Assembly (NCBI GenBank): GCA_051362555.1
Contig: CM120644.1
Span: 13,228,567-13,292,566 of the forward strand
Length of the DNA: 64,000 nt
Direction of reading: 5' to 3'
Source of the DNA: Lingula anatina
Lineage: Eukaryota > Animalia > Brachiopoda
The notes beneath the pieces are model-generated. The model ran no database searches. It had not been told where the DNA came from and was given only the letters and a program-made list of their open reading frames with translations. The translations under genes were made by a program, and so were the position numbers. This document shows, one piece after another, positions 26,401 through 38,599 of this stretch (position 1 is the stretch's first letter; each line of letters opens with the position of its first letter).

Positions 26401-28265
26401 CATGTGCCCCGACCGGAGATCCTTGAGGAGCGGGAGAACGTTTACGTAACATCCCTTTTTCTGGGTACATAGATATCGGTCCTTCCTGTTCTCTCCCCCT
26501 CCTTTTCATCCATTGTAAGCCACACTGGAGTGCGGGTTATGATAAGACTTCTCATTTACAATGTATAGGCATAGGGGACCCCCCCCCCCCCCCTCCTCCC
26601 CCGACATACCCTTTTTTTTACTATTTACATGAATGTGAAAGTGGGACTTCGCGGTATTCTCAGAACTCTACTAATTCCCGGACTTATTAGTGTTTGTTAC
26701 TTTTCACGTCACGAACCGGAATTGACGTTTGGCCCATGAATAGTTCAGACACCCACACACAGTCAACTAAGTCAATACTGAACACCTGAAGCAAGGAGGT
26801 TAATGAAATACAATTCCTTGCTTTTGTGAGGGCTATAGACGGAGTTCTGTACTACTCTTTATATGAACGAGTTGTTAGGATAATACGTAGCGGGCCGAGA
26901 TCCAAGCCAACCGAATGTAATGAACCTTTTCATACATATGGAATGCATGTCCTAAACTTGTATAATTTTTGTACGCTTAATTCAAGCGTGGGCTCGAAAG
27001 AGGACATGGTACGTTTTCGTCTTACTTAATGGATAACACAATCTAAAGATTCCACGGTTCGTGTCAGATTTACGTAAGGTCGCGCAAAGAAAACCCAATT
27101 CCACATAATGACCAGTTAAATGATTTCTTCGTTGACGCTCCGTAGCTACATGTTCTACGTGAAGTCTCCAACTTCTAGCTCTAAACAACGTCTCCGTACT
27201 CCGTCGTTTCCAGTCTCCGTTTCTTCTCCCGTCTCCTCTCTGGGTCCCAAGGTATCAGTTCTCCTCGTTAAATATATACTAATATGTTATCTTACGTGGA
27301 TCGAAAGCTGAACTATTGTACGTTAACTCTAATTATTTTTAATTGTAAAGTTAATTTCTTTACTTCGGCGTTATACAAAGAGGCCGCCGCATTGCTCAAG
27401 AGATATTGTACTACAACACATTACGTCATATGACTTCAAAAGAGATCTATGTCGGAAACTTTTGTTTCATTACTAATGTTGGAGACCTTCACTCTAATAA
27501 TATTTACAATATTTACAAAGATTACGTAAAGTACACATAATTACATGTTTGGATCGATCTATCTTACTGGGGAGTCTCACTAAATACTGTTAACTTAACC
27601 GGCTTAAATGTCTACCGAATCAGCTAACAGCTTTACTAGGTGTGACAGACATTTAAACCGGTAAGCTTGATAGCAATTTAGTGAGACTCCTCAGGGAGAT
27701 AGATCGATCCAAATATCTGTGGGAATGGTCCCTATGTCGGACACGATACGAAGTTCAACTTCAAGCACATAATTTTTCTCGATATGAACGGCTCCTTTTT
27801 TCTGAATGCAGTTAATTAGGAATCATATGTATATATTTTCTGTAATTTATTTTTCAAATGACATTCATTATACAATATTAAATATGCTTAGAGATAAAAT
27901 TATAATTATCCAGTTAAAATTACACACAACGTTTACCAAATGTATTTTAAGTCCCATGCAGGTAAACTTTCAATCGTTTTACTGCAAATAAATAAATAAA
28001 TAAATAAATAAATAAATATTAAAGTAATTAATTCATTAATTAATATGAAAAAGTACTATAGAAGGTTTTCAAATGAAGTCCACAAGCTTCATTTTCCAAA
28101 TCTACGCTAGCAAGTGCAATATTTCTTTCGATTTGTTCTGTACTCTCTTTAGTTCAATTTCAAGACTTCAGAAGTCTTATTCTAATCAGACATTCGTACG
28201 TGTGTGGCTAGTTTTCAACTGCAGTACATGAGTTGTTGAAACTTTCCTTCACGCTATATTCCATA

Positions 28266-28946
28266 TCAGTTATCACTCATCCACGCCATCACCATAAACC
28301 TCCCGTTTTTAGCGCCCTCTACTTCCGCTTTGTGGTGAGACGGGTAATCCTCGGACTCGTATGTACACACGGACGACAACTGAAGGTGTTCTTTCTTGAT
28401 GCCGATCTTACAAAGCTGGGATGCATTATAACCTACGAAGTCTATACCCATTGGCCCATCTCTCCCCCTCAAGCGGACGTAGTTTTCTTTATCCGTGCTT
28501 TCTACATCGAAGGCTCCCTGAAGATGTGGTCGCCAGTCCTCTACATCGTCACGCGGAACGTCGAGATAATCCATTCGGTAATGTTCGGCACATATAGCGG
28601 GGGCTTGGATAATCCGAACATCGCCGACGTATTGTTCGAGAGAACAGCCGTTGTAGGAGGCCATTACCTCAACGGTCTTCACGGCTACTTTCCTAATAGA
28701 TCCTTCCCGTCCCGAGTGAGCGAGGCCCACGGTGCCTGAGGGGCCGTGGAAGAAGATATACATGGCGCAGTCGCCTGGGTCGCATTCAAGTCCAATATTC
28801 AGGAGTTTGGTAACCAAGGCGTCGCCAACGGGACCGCCCATTAACTTATTTTCCCATTGCGCGCGGTTTCCCCCCGTAATCACGTGAACTTCGTTGCCAT
28901 GGACAGCACGCATGCGCACAAAGTTTTTCAGGCCGCGACTGGACAT
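28266..28946 (-). CDS. yfiH: YfiH/PgeF/LACC1(FAMIN)-family protein (Cu-oxidase_4/DUF152; purine nucleoside phosphorylase-like), at least 226 aa on one exon
   Basis: Motifs in family order: AVHGNEV (QVHG), GDALVT, PGDC (ADC), GLAHSGREG (HAGWRG), APAIC (GPAI), IDF..YN..QL...GI, CTYESEDYPSHH (CT...FFSHR), GRF. The His-Cys-His triad is present. First ATG at 28946. A CAG acceptor at 28959-28957 suggests a possible upstream exon. The symbol denotes the family, not proven orthology. Confidence 0.85.
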   Translation of the reverse strand: MSSRGLKNFVRMRAVHGNEVHVITGGNRAQWENKLMGGPVGDALVTKLLNIGLECDPGDCAMYIFFHGPSGTVGLAHSGREGSIRKVAVKTVEVMASYNGCSLEQYVGDVRIIQAPAICAEHYRMDYLDVPRDDVEDWRPHLQGAFDVESTDKENYVRLRGRDGPMGIDFVGYNASQLCKIGIKKEHLQLSSVCTYESEDYPSHHKAEVEGAKNGRFMVMAWMSDN

Positions 28947-29291
28947 CAATTTGGTTCTGAATATGAGAAAGTGTTTATTTGAAGTGCTAGGAAGTGACCA
29001 ACCTACTCGCTCGAAAGAATGTTTCGAAAAATAGAAAAAAACATGTACCTAAGCAATATTTGAAAAAAAAATGTGTATATGAACTGAAATAAGAACAAAG
29101 TGCTAATGTGGAAATAAAGAGAAGTATTAATAGCTTGAATGAGTTAATTCATACTTTTAAATGATAAGGTGGCACTATAGACAGCTTAATATACCGCCAG
29201 GCAGAGTAGCACGCACAATCGCACATATTGCATAAAAAAAAGATAAAACAATTGATTCAATTACTGATTATCTGACCGGTGATTCATTAAA

Positions 29292-29515
29292 GGCATCGTT
29301 CACATGGAAAGTCTATTTTCTAAAAATCTATTTTCTATTCGCGGTATCTTATGATCACGGTCTGTGGCCTGAATATCCCGCGGCGTAATTACTGGCAGCG
29401 CGAGCCAGTTACTTCCAAAGCTGTAATTAATTCTCGGCTGTGCTCGGAGTGATCACAAGATACCGCGAATAGAAAATAGATTTTTAGAAAATAGACTTTC
29501 CATGTGAACGAAGCC
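29292..29515. mobile_element. MITE with ~65-bp TIRs (Harbinger-like) just upstream of the YfiH-like ORF
   Basis: GGCATCGTTCACATGGAAAGTCTATTTTC... / ...GAAAATAGACTTTCCATGTGAACGAAGCC, with a 3-bp AAA flank on both sides. Confidence 0.85.
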
Positions 29516-29601
29516 AAAGTTTTTAGTCTTACATGAAAATATCGTAAATAAAATGAAAATTAAACATAACATGTTAATATTGTAAACAATTAACGAAATA
29601 C

Positions 29602-29643
<42 letters not shown>

Positions 29644-32389
29644 CTATGTATATGCCCCCCACCTATGCACAAGTCACCCACCTGTTACTGACCACCTCCT
29701 CCTCTGGAACACCCCACTTAGGGTTGGGGTCAATGTGACCATCCTGTATCCGGGATATAATGTACATCAAGGACATCTTCTGGAAACAATATATTAAATA
29801 TATTTATATAGTGAAGACACTACTGTCTACCTCCTCTTTTTCTCTCTTCGTTCAAAACCCATCTGCATTTCATTTAATTTTTTTTCTCTCTCCTTTTCTA
29901 ACTTTATTTTTCGCTTACTAATCATATCGACTTATTTTCATCTACTTGGAAATTAATCAAGCCACGTCTTCGTGGCCCTGTTTCTAGGTAAAAGTGATTC
30001 ATAGATGTCGTGCGGTAGGCGACGTTTGCGATTTTAGAAGACTTCAGCGACAAAGGTGGGCAAGTGGTGTAGGTGCAATCGAGCCCAAAATGTGACGTAA
30101 AATCTCTGCCCACTCTCCGTATGAGACAGTACGTATTTATAATGTTACGTGTTGTGTTCCTCCGGGACAGCCCCTTCCCCTGGGTCTTTTGTTGTCATAA
30201 TTCTCTACTCGAATGATAATACCTCCTTGCTGATAAACAGACGCCAGGCGCTCCAGTATTTTGCAAATATCTTGCCAACTATTAACCTGTAACACCACAG
30301 GCTACAATGGTATCGTTGACATAGTCCTTCTATCGCCCTAGTAGTCTGCCTACCTTTCTCTTGCCAGAAGGGGGTTGGGGGGGGGTACAAGATTTGTAAC
30401 TGATGTAAAATTTCATGACTTCAGATAATGCATTAATATGAAAAAGAAAAAAAACTCGTTCGACGTGAACAGGAACAAACTGGTCACTGAGCATACCCTC
30501 TACAAGGGCCAAATATGTTTTTTTTTTTTTGCTCAGTTTTTACAGATATGCATCATGCTAACTCTTTGCACCTTTCTCTTGTGTCCAGTGGAAAAAATAA
30601 TGTGGAATTAATGTCATCACTACGCTGGCCTTAAGTATAGAACCATCAATTAGAGGGAGAGTTGTGGTGACTTTTTTTGCCAAAGATGCCACAAAGATGT
30701 TCACAAAGATGCCATCATCTGCGTGCAGAATCTGACAAAGCTGCTTCCCTATGAAACTGAGTGGCTGTAGGAATAAGCAGCCTGCTTTAGAAAAAGTTTT
30801 GTTGGTTTCCACCCGGTGCTAGCAAGGGCGGATTGAGGCCGTCTTCTGGGTCTTCTTGAAGACAATCAGAATTTTTCAAGTCTACACCGATGGGCAACTA
30901 ATAATTCTGTTGGATGGAATGGAAAATGGATCAACAAAAATAATTTGAAAATCTGTCAGAAAATATCTCTGGATCCGCCCCTGCAGCTAGGCTAGGTGGC
31001 CTTTACTCCAAAATATTCAGTTTTACCATTTAGTTGCTCTCGGTCGTAAAAGGGTCACTGCTATGGGCTTGTATTTGATTGATTGATTCTAACTGACTGA
31101 CCGAGGTCATTCATTACCAAGTCCCTGTCACACCTCCTACACAGCCTCTTCTAGGACCCCAAGCTTGCCATGACTTCTGTCTCTCATTTGACAAATTTAC
31201 TCCATTTGGTTACAAAAAGTTGTTGACATTCTTGATGTTCAACCTCTGAAACGTAATCACTTGCACTCTCAGTGTCACCCCGTCTTCTTCAACATCAGTC
31301 TGATGCACCAAAGTCATTCACATCTGTTGAACTATTCTACTCTAAAATTTATCGGTATCTTTATTTCCTCAAATATATCATTATTTTGCTTTTGTTTTCA
31401 TCTTAGAAAATGTTGTGTATAACTACCGTAAATCAAGTGAGTCCTTTAGGAACCCAGCAAAATATATATTAAACGACCGCAGCCTAAATTATTTCCAGTA
31501 CGATAACCATAGATGATACCAAAGCTGCGGACATATCTCCTGGAAGCGGATAAAAATGTGACAAATTCATGAAATTTCATGGAAAAATAATATATAAGAA
31601 ATTAAGATAACAAACACGCGTCGTTTACTATGAATAGGGTTAATCGCTTTTTTTCAGTTTTTTTATTATTTCTATTTCAGTCAACAGGCCTGTTAGAGGA
31701 TACCAGTTGCTACGAGAACATGATCGCCTTTTCTTCCCTTTATGAATGTATGTCACGCTTCCAAGAATGAGAGACTCATCATTGCGGTCTGGATATGATC
31801 CCTACTAATCAGCAGATATCGCGTAACAATAATACACAATTAACTTCGTGGAAAAATGAGCCCAGACGATGTTAGAAAAATAAATGCGCTGGCTGGACTT
31901 TCTAGGAAAAAGCAAGAACACTAATAGAGTCACATTTCATGTTGCCATCATTTTTTGTTTCTCTTTTTCGGGAAAACTGGCATATAGACGAGAGATGGCA
32001 AGTATGTTTCTTCTTTCAAAAGCTCCCTGAGAAAATTGATATAGGGAAGAGAGACAAAGGACAAATGTGGCCGACCACTAGCCTATAAAATCAATATCAT
32101 TCTTTAGAAAATATTTCTTAAATCTTAACCGAGTCCGTTTTGTAACTCATCACCATACATAAAGTTCAACATTTCGGTTTTTAGTTTGAGTTTTGATGTA
32201 TTTATTTATTTTGTTTATTAAGTGTTATATGGAACGCCGTTGACCTTCATGGTTTTCCACAATTCTTTGATTCTAGTTTTTTTAACATTCTTTCATGTGA
32301 ACATACCCTTCTTTTGAATCTATTCATTTAGAATTGCCATCCAAAGTGCCCGTTGTTTTCCTCTACTTCTCTTTCCGTCCACTTTTCCT

Positions 32390-32600
32390 GTTGGCCCCAG
32401 CTTCCCCATGCCAGCAATTCGTTAATGTTGCGTGCTCCAGAAATCTCAACAGGCATTTTCTTATTTCTGTGATGAAACTTTCTTTGCTGCCGCTCGTTGT
32501 AATCTTTTATTCGACTGTCTGTCCCCGAAATTTTCATCATTGTTCTGAGAAACCACATGCCACAGCTTTCAAGGCGCTTTCCATCTCTGATTTTACAATT
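32390..32600 (-). mobile_element. Highly decayed RTE-like LINE fragment
   Basis: Peptide MWFLRTMMKIS resembles the RTE EMW.LRRM.KISW motif. Multiple frameshifts. Confidence 0.4.
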
Positions 32601-32858
32601 TAGGGTTTACAATTTGTAAAAATAAAATCACAATTATAGCTTTTATATTTTGTTTTTAAAATTGTAAAATATCAAACACAAGACGACTCTCCCTGCCGAG
32701 AGAAAGAGAACGATGTCTTTTCGGATTAAGCAAAATTCCCAAAAAGGAATCAGAAATAGATATATTCATACTTCTCATTATAGCACCTTTTGAAAACAGA
32801 GGAAGTATTGCAGATACCGCATTTGGTTAGAATATATTATAAGAAAATGATCTGCTCT

Positions 32859-32904
<46 letters not shown>

Positions 32905-34510
32905 ACTGAAATAAAGTTATTTATCAATTCTGTTGATCATCATTTATTGATCAGCCAAACACACGTAACCCTGTCATAGCCCTCGTCTTCCCTTTCTCTG
33001 TCTGCAGTGTAAAATTGACCTTCGTGTGTTTTTGTTATTCTCCGCTGGTCATCCGGGCTTATGTTTTCTGAATGTTTTTGTTTATCACCAATGATTATAA
33101 GTAAACTGCGACAGGACTTTAAATTTCACAGCGTGTTTCATTTAAATTGTTCTGTCTCTCCTATTGTTTTCAATTACAATTTAAACTGAAGTCTCCAATA
33201 CGCGTCAAGTGTTTTCGCACCACAACTAAGTTGCATCTATTTTACCGCTTCTATCAAAACATTGTATGCGCATTAATAACGCACTGTAAAACAAACTACT
33301 TGTAGCATGTAATTCGCCATTAATTTATGCTACATCCAAATATACGAAAACGATTTAGTTTATCTATAAAAGTGTACGAAAGTTGTTTTATTTATTGGGG
33401 GTTCAGTACAAGTGCACTGCCTTGAACTTGAAAATCTGACCGTCTTCTGGAAGACCCAGAAGACGGCCTAAATCCGCCCCTGGAGTAACAGATCTAGAGA
33501 GTTGCTGAAGCCTGTTTTCCATAGAACCTTCCTGGTTTCAGCCAATGAGTGCTCGAATTCGGCTATTAAGCCACGGGGCTTCCACTTGATCAAACCAGGA
33601 GGTTTATGACCAAAACGGGAAAAAACTTAACCTCGCTGTTTGTTTTTTCCCCATCATAACTTCCAATATTTTCGTCCGATGATAATTATGAAAATATATT
33701 TAAAAAGTACATTGAATAAGACTTTCTAACAACATGTGTAACAATGTATTATTTCTCCGTTGTAAGCCTCCAGCCGCGCAAATACCGTGAGAAACCGCTA
33801 GTGATTTCACTTCCTCGTTTGGTTCCTACTATTTACAAATCTTGCTCAACCTGCGCGTTTTGAGCCATTTTTCCAGAAGCTTCGTACGGCGTCCAGGGTG
33901 TTATTTTCTCGTATTTGGTCTCATTATTATGCAGAGAATGAACCAACCGCTCGACTGAAAGGTTGCAGAAGGTGATTTAACCGAAAACAGCAACCACAGC
34001 CAGCTTGTCAATTTTTCAATCGTGTTTTAGAGTTAGGGTAACGAAGTTTATAAAATTCTGCAACCCCTACCTAGATATTTTTCACTAATGCTCGATTCAA
34101 ATGAGTTATTCATTTGTCATTTTTTGGTAAGACATAGCAGTGACAGCCGTTAGAAAATTAGTGATTCCCTATTTAAAGTAAAACCGAAACCGTATACTGA
34201 CGTCACTGTTGTCTAGCACGCTTTTTGCTGTTCTTCGCATGACAATGAATCTACGCTTACAACCCCCCCCCCCAAAAAAAAGACAATAACAATAAAATAA
34301 TAACATAAATAGTTAATAAAAATATGATAGAATAAAATAAATGAAAACTCTAAAATCCATATAGACAGTACAACTCCTTTATATAGCTAAGCATGAACAT
34401 TTACTCCAGTATTTTCATCACACCAGAACGTCATAGCCTAATCATAATGCTTTTAGTAGGCCTAATATTTAGACATTAGAAAGTTAAGTTTTAATCCTTC
34501 TTTAACAATC

Positions 34511-34652
34511 AGAATGATGTGATTTTTTCTTCACACAACAGCTAATATTGAGATAAGGTTTACCTCCAATATTTCGATGTCTATCTCAATATTAGCTGTT
34601 GTGTGAAGAAAAAATCACATCATTCTTACAACTTAACACAGCTGATGAAATT
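34511..34652. repeat. Hairpin element with a ~45-bp perfect stem, same family as 13534-13695
   Basis: AGAATGATGTGATTTTTTCTTCACACAACAGCTAATATTGAGATA pairs with TATCTCAATATTAGCTGTTGTGTGAAGAAAAAATCACATCATTCT. Flanked by the direct repeat CTTCTTTAACAATC. Confidence 0.75.
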
Positions 34653-35004
34653 CTTCTTTAACAATCGCTTTGTACTCACGTACATGTAGATAGACTGGGA
34701 CTTCAGGGGAAAAACACATTCTCCATCATTTTCTTGCCGAATGTGAACCAATTTTTTTCTGCCATAAATGCTGAACGTTATATCAAAATGGGTAATTTTT
34801 ACCAACCTTAATTAATTTGGGACTCCTACCCCCCCCCCCCCCACACACACACACACACACACACACCCACTTCACACACATTCTGTAACCATCATACATT
34901 ACTTCCTATTTACTGAGGTGCAACCTGTAGATAGGCCACTCTAAATGAGGGCAGAGAGGTTTCGCTTTCAGATAAGGAATGATACCAAGGCAAATCCACA
35001 CCCG

Positions 35005-35040
<36 letters not shown>

Positions 35041-37022
35041 CGATGTATCTCTTCAGATGCTACACAGCCACATACTCGTTCTAGGCTAGCAGTCTGTTCA
35101 GTCCTAGTTTTCTTATTTCATAAGAATCATTATGTTTTCTTGAAATACGACGGCGGAATTCTCGCCGAGTGTAGTCAAGTGATCAGAGTAAGAGTCAGCC
35201 AACCTTCCTTACTCCCCCCCCCTACCAAGACCCAAGTGTTAATATCACCGGTCTAATATCTTACCTTTATATCTGAGTTCACCTGGGTTAAAACGCCTGT
35301 GGATGTTATATAAAGATAAATATACTGGTGAAAAATATGGCGTGTTCCACGGTGAATTCGACTGGGTTTGAATGGGAATTTCCCGTGCCTGGGATTTCCG
35401 CGTATCGAAGTGATACACGTCACGTGGTAGTGGATTGCAGCAGTTGCGACAGGTGCAATTGTGACTGGTCGCATCTGTGCTATTCCACTGGTTCTCCATA
35501 CTCCCTCGATTTGTGGGAGCTGTTTTAAGTCTCAAAAATAATTTCATATGTAAATTGGTCAAAACTTCCAAATCCAAAGAATTCGTGTTCTTGGACCCAA
35601 GCTGAAGCAGTAGACGTCAAGTTGAAAGAAACGCAACATAAGACAATTTAATGACATACAAAATACAACTTAAACCAGTAGGCCTAAGTAGGTCTTTTAA
35701 GACGTACTTAAGATGGCTTTTGTTGATAGATTCCGATTCGAAAGTGAACGAAATTTTGGCCTGAAAGATAATTGGCCAGGCAACCTTTTCATTTTAATCC
35801 AAACTATTCACCTGTGCCATCTTATAGCGTTATAAATAGTGTCTGCATCTACATGGTCACTTCTATCAGCGTGCACTGTTATTTTATCAAGCCGCACGCG
35901 AAAGTAACCCTCACCTAGATTTTCTGCCTTTAAAACACCCTTCAGTTTACCGAGGTATGGACCGACCATGAGAGGCCTTAAGGCACAATTAATTAAAAAA
36001 TATCCCGTGCTAGCTTAGTAAACAATCTAATTATTGTTAGATTGGTTGTGTCATTAATGTTATTATCATTTTTTAAATTCTTTCTCAAGAGTAAGCAAAT
36101 CCTAGATCTGAAGAACAGACATTAATAATGCCGTTCTCATCGGGCGTGGTTTCTGAGACAACTAAAATTAATTGTTTATTAGTTTTAATCAAATTGTTTA
36201 TAAATAAATGCATAATTCTATATTCCCCGTACCTCTTTCCTATAATTTGGGGTTGTCTGCCAGATGCAAAGAAATAAAATAAACCGTGGTTTGTGGTTGA
36301 CGTTTGTATTGGGTGAACTCCCCTCCCCGCCAAACGAAGCCCGACAGTCAGAAATTTCACGGGATTTGAAGGCCGATTTTAAAGATGTGGTCCTCAGCAA
36401 GCAAAAATAAATTCAAGGCGCTTCCCATCCTTTCTACACACGGCTGGCTGAGTGAGACTGAGTCCACTGCTCACTGCAATTCGCGTACAACATTAAACTT
36501 GGCTGACACACATTTATCTAACGCAAAAGATAACGGAATACATTGACTTTTATTAGAGATGACTTGGAAAAAACAAAAAAAAACGATGTATGAAATATCT
36601 AAATTTGGAAAGCAGGTACTTCTTACACTGCTATACCCGTGCATTAATGATGACAAAGCGGTACAACTACTGTAAACGATAGTTTGGATTATAAATAATA
36701 ACCATATCCCATATGTATACTTTTATAATACGGCAGTGCTCCCTTTACTTCACAGCACCAAGTAAATTGCACATTTGATCAATCAAAGCACTTTCGACTA
36801 GACCGATTTTCAATCTGAGAAAAAAAAAATCATACGAAATACACTGTATACGAGTAATGCTTAATTTTGTTCGCAACAGAAGCAAGGTTTGGCCCGTGCA
36901 GTAAACTTTCCAGTAACTGCCCATATATTTTACTATATATTGTACTGGTATATGATATATCTACATAACAATCTTGCCAAAAGAGCAAGAAAAAAAACTT
37001 AACGTAAGTTCGCTTGAGTAAA

Positions 37023-37724
37023 CTAAGTGAGAATCGTAGACAGGCACGCCAGTAGGATACAAGGGAAAAACGCCAAAGACGTCACCGACGTAGCACCATT
37101 CACGTCGCCGACAGTGGTGCTACTGGTGACAGTGGTGCTGACGGTAGAGGTCGACCTTGTCGTGGAGGTCGTCGTCGGTACCGTAGTCGTCCTTGCTGAC
37201 GTCAGACCTGTCGCCTCGAAGCATTTTCTCTCCATGGTGTTCCAGACTTGGTTCATTTCGAGTCGTACGTACTCGTGCTGGCTGCACTTCGTCAGCAGGT
37301 CAGCCACACAGTCTCTGTACTGACACGGGTCATTGTTTCTGTTGTATGGAGTGGTGCACTGGGCGACTAGATTTATGGTACAGTCTTCGGCTGGAAAAGG
37401 AAATTAAGAACGTGAATTCTGTGGAAACTTGGTAATTAACCTGAAAACTGCCCCCCTAAAAAATAAATAAATAAATAAAATAAAATAACATAACATAAAT
37501 AAGGGAACTTCAAAATGGTGCAACTATAATCACCATTAGGTTCCTCCTCTCTCTCTTTATATTTGTTCGTTTATTTTTAACACTACACTGCACTTAATAT
37601 AAACTGAGTCACCATTCCTATATTTGTTATATAACATCACCACCTGCCTGCAATGCTTACCCGACAGCAGTTCAGCGAAACTCCCTCTCAAAATGGCGAC
37701 AAACACTACTCCTGTTATTAACAG
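37023..37724 (-). CDS. Small secreted 6-Cys-domain protein with a Thr-rich stalk and a putative GPI-anchor signal (start-codon exon not located)
   Basis: Exon 37661-37724 encodes signal-like LLITGVVFVAILRGSFAELLS, followed by a phase-1 GTAAG donor. Exon 37023-37390 encodes AEDCTINLVAQCTTPYNRNNDPCQYRDCVADLLTKCSQHEYVRLEMNQVWNTMERKCF...TTTVPTTTSTT...NGATSVTSLAFFPCILLACLSTILT*. Confidence 0.8.
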
Positions 37725-38261
37725 CTGAAAAAGTAAATTCAATAGATCAGATTGAGAAAAAAAGGAACCTTAAGATGTACACATTATCTTGATTTTCATC
37801 ATATTGTCTTGGTCGTTAGCGATAAATATCTTCGAAGACCTCAAAATATGTATTTTTAAATGTAAATATTTATAGAAAAGTATCCTTCGGTACAGAATTT
37901 ATATCTGAGGCATAGGGAAGTCAAATTAAGGAAAAACCCAGTAACCAATCAAAGATCTTGTTAAAAGAGCACGCATGTTTAAACACCGTCAGAAGCATTC
38001 AGACAAATACCTCCACAATATACTCCGTGCACTGCTAGGCCAAATAATACACTCAGTGTTCCAAATAATATAAACACGGTGTTGTTATTGTTAAATAAGC
38101 GAGACTCTACCCATATAATGAACGTAATAGTATGAACAAAACGAACGCTCAGAGGCCTGCAATGTCTTTTGGCACATAAGACATACGGGTTCTTGTTAAA
38201 CTGTACTCCATTCCAAGAGTAGGCCTACAGCTTCATTGACCATTGTAAAAAAAACAGTTAA

Positions 38262-38599
38262 AGGGATAATAACTCTTCGAATGAGATCTATATTTCACAA
38301 TAAAAACATTGTGAATAACTCATAGAAATATAATATATTCTGTTTAACCACAAAAACCGGCAGTTATAGCTATTATTCTGATGTCAGAGCTTGTCTTTAG
38401 ACCACGTGACCTCCATTGATGGCTATACTCTGTTAAAATCTCTTAAGAGATTTTAACAAAAAACCAAACTTTTTAGAAAAAAACCAGGGACTAACTTTGA
38501 ATGTAAAAATGGACTCATAAACCATTGGTAAGTATGGGAAAATTGTTGTTTACTCCAGGAAAATTCATTTTTTGGCCGAAACGAAGAGTTATTATCCCT
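38262..38599. mobile_element. Kolobok-like MITE, copy 2 (inverted)
   Basis: TTAA-AGGGATAATAACTCTTCG ... CGAAGAGTTATTATCCCT-TTAA: perfect TIR plus TTAA TSD. Confidence 0.85.

Noticed and set aside
28233-28739. 168-aa plus-strand ORF
   Set aside because: Antisense shadow of the YfiH-like ORF; no recognisable motifs.
29830-30113. Possible upstream coding exon of the YfiH-like gene (MQMGFERREKKRR, phase-compatible), or a MULE-like peptide (DCTYTTCPP)
   Set aside because: Weak donor (GTAGAC), no family N-terminal motif, and too short to support either call.
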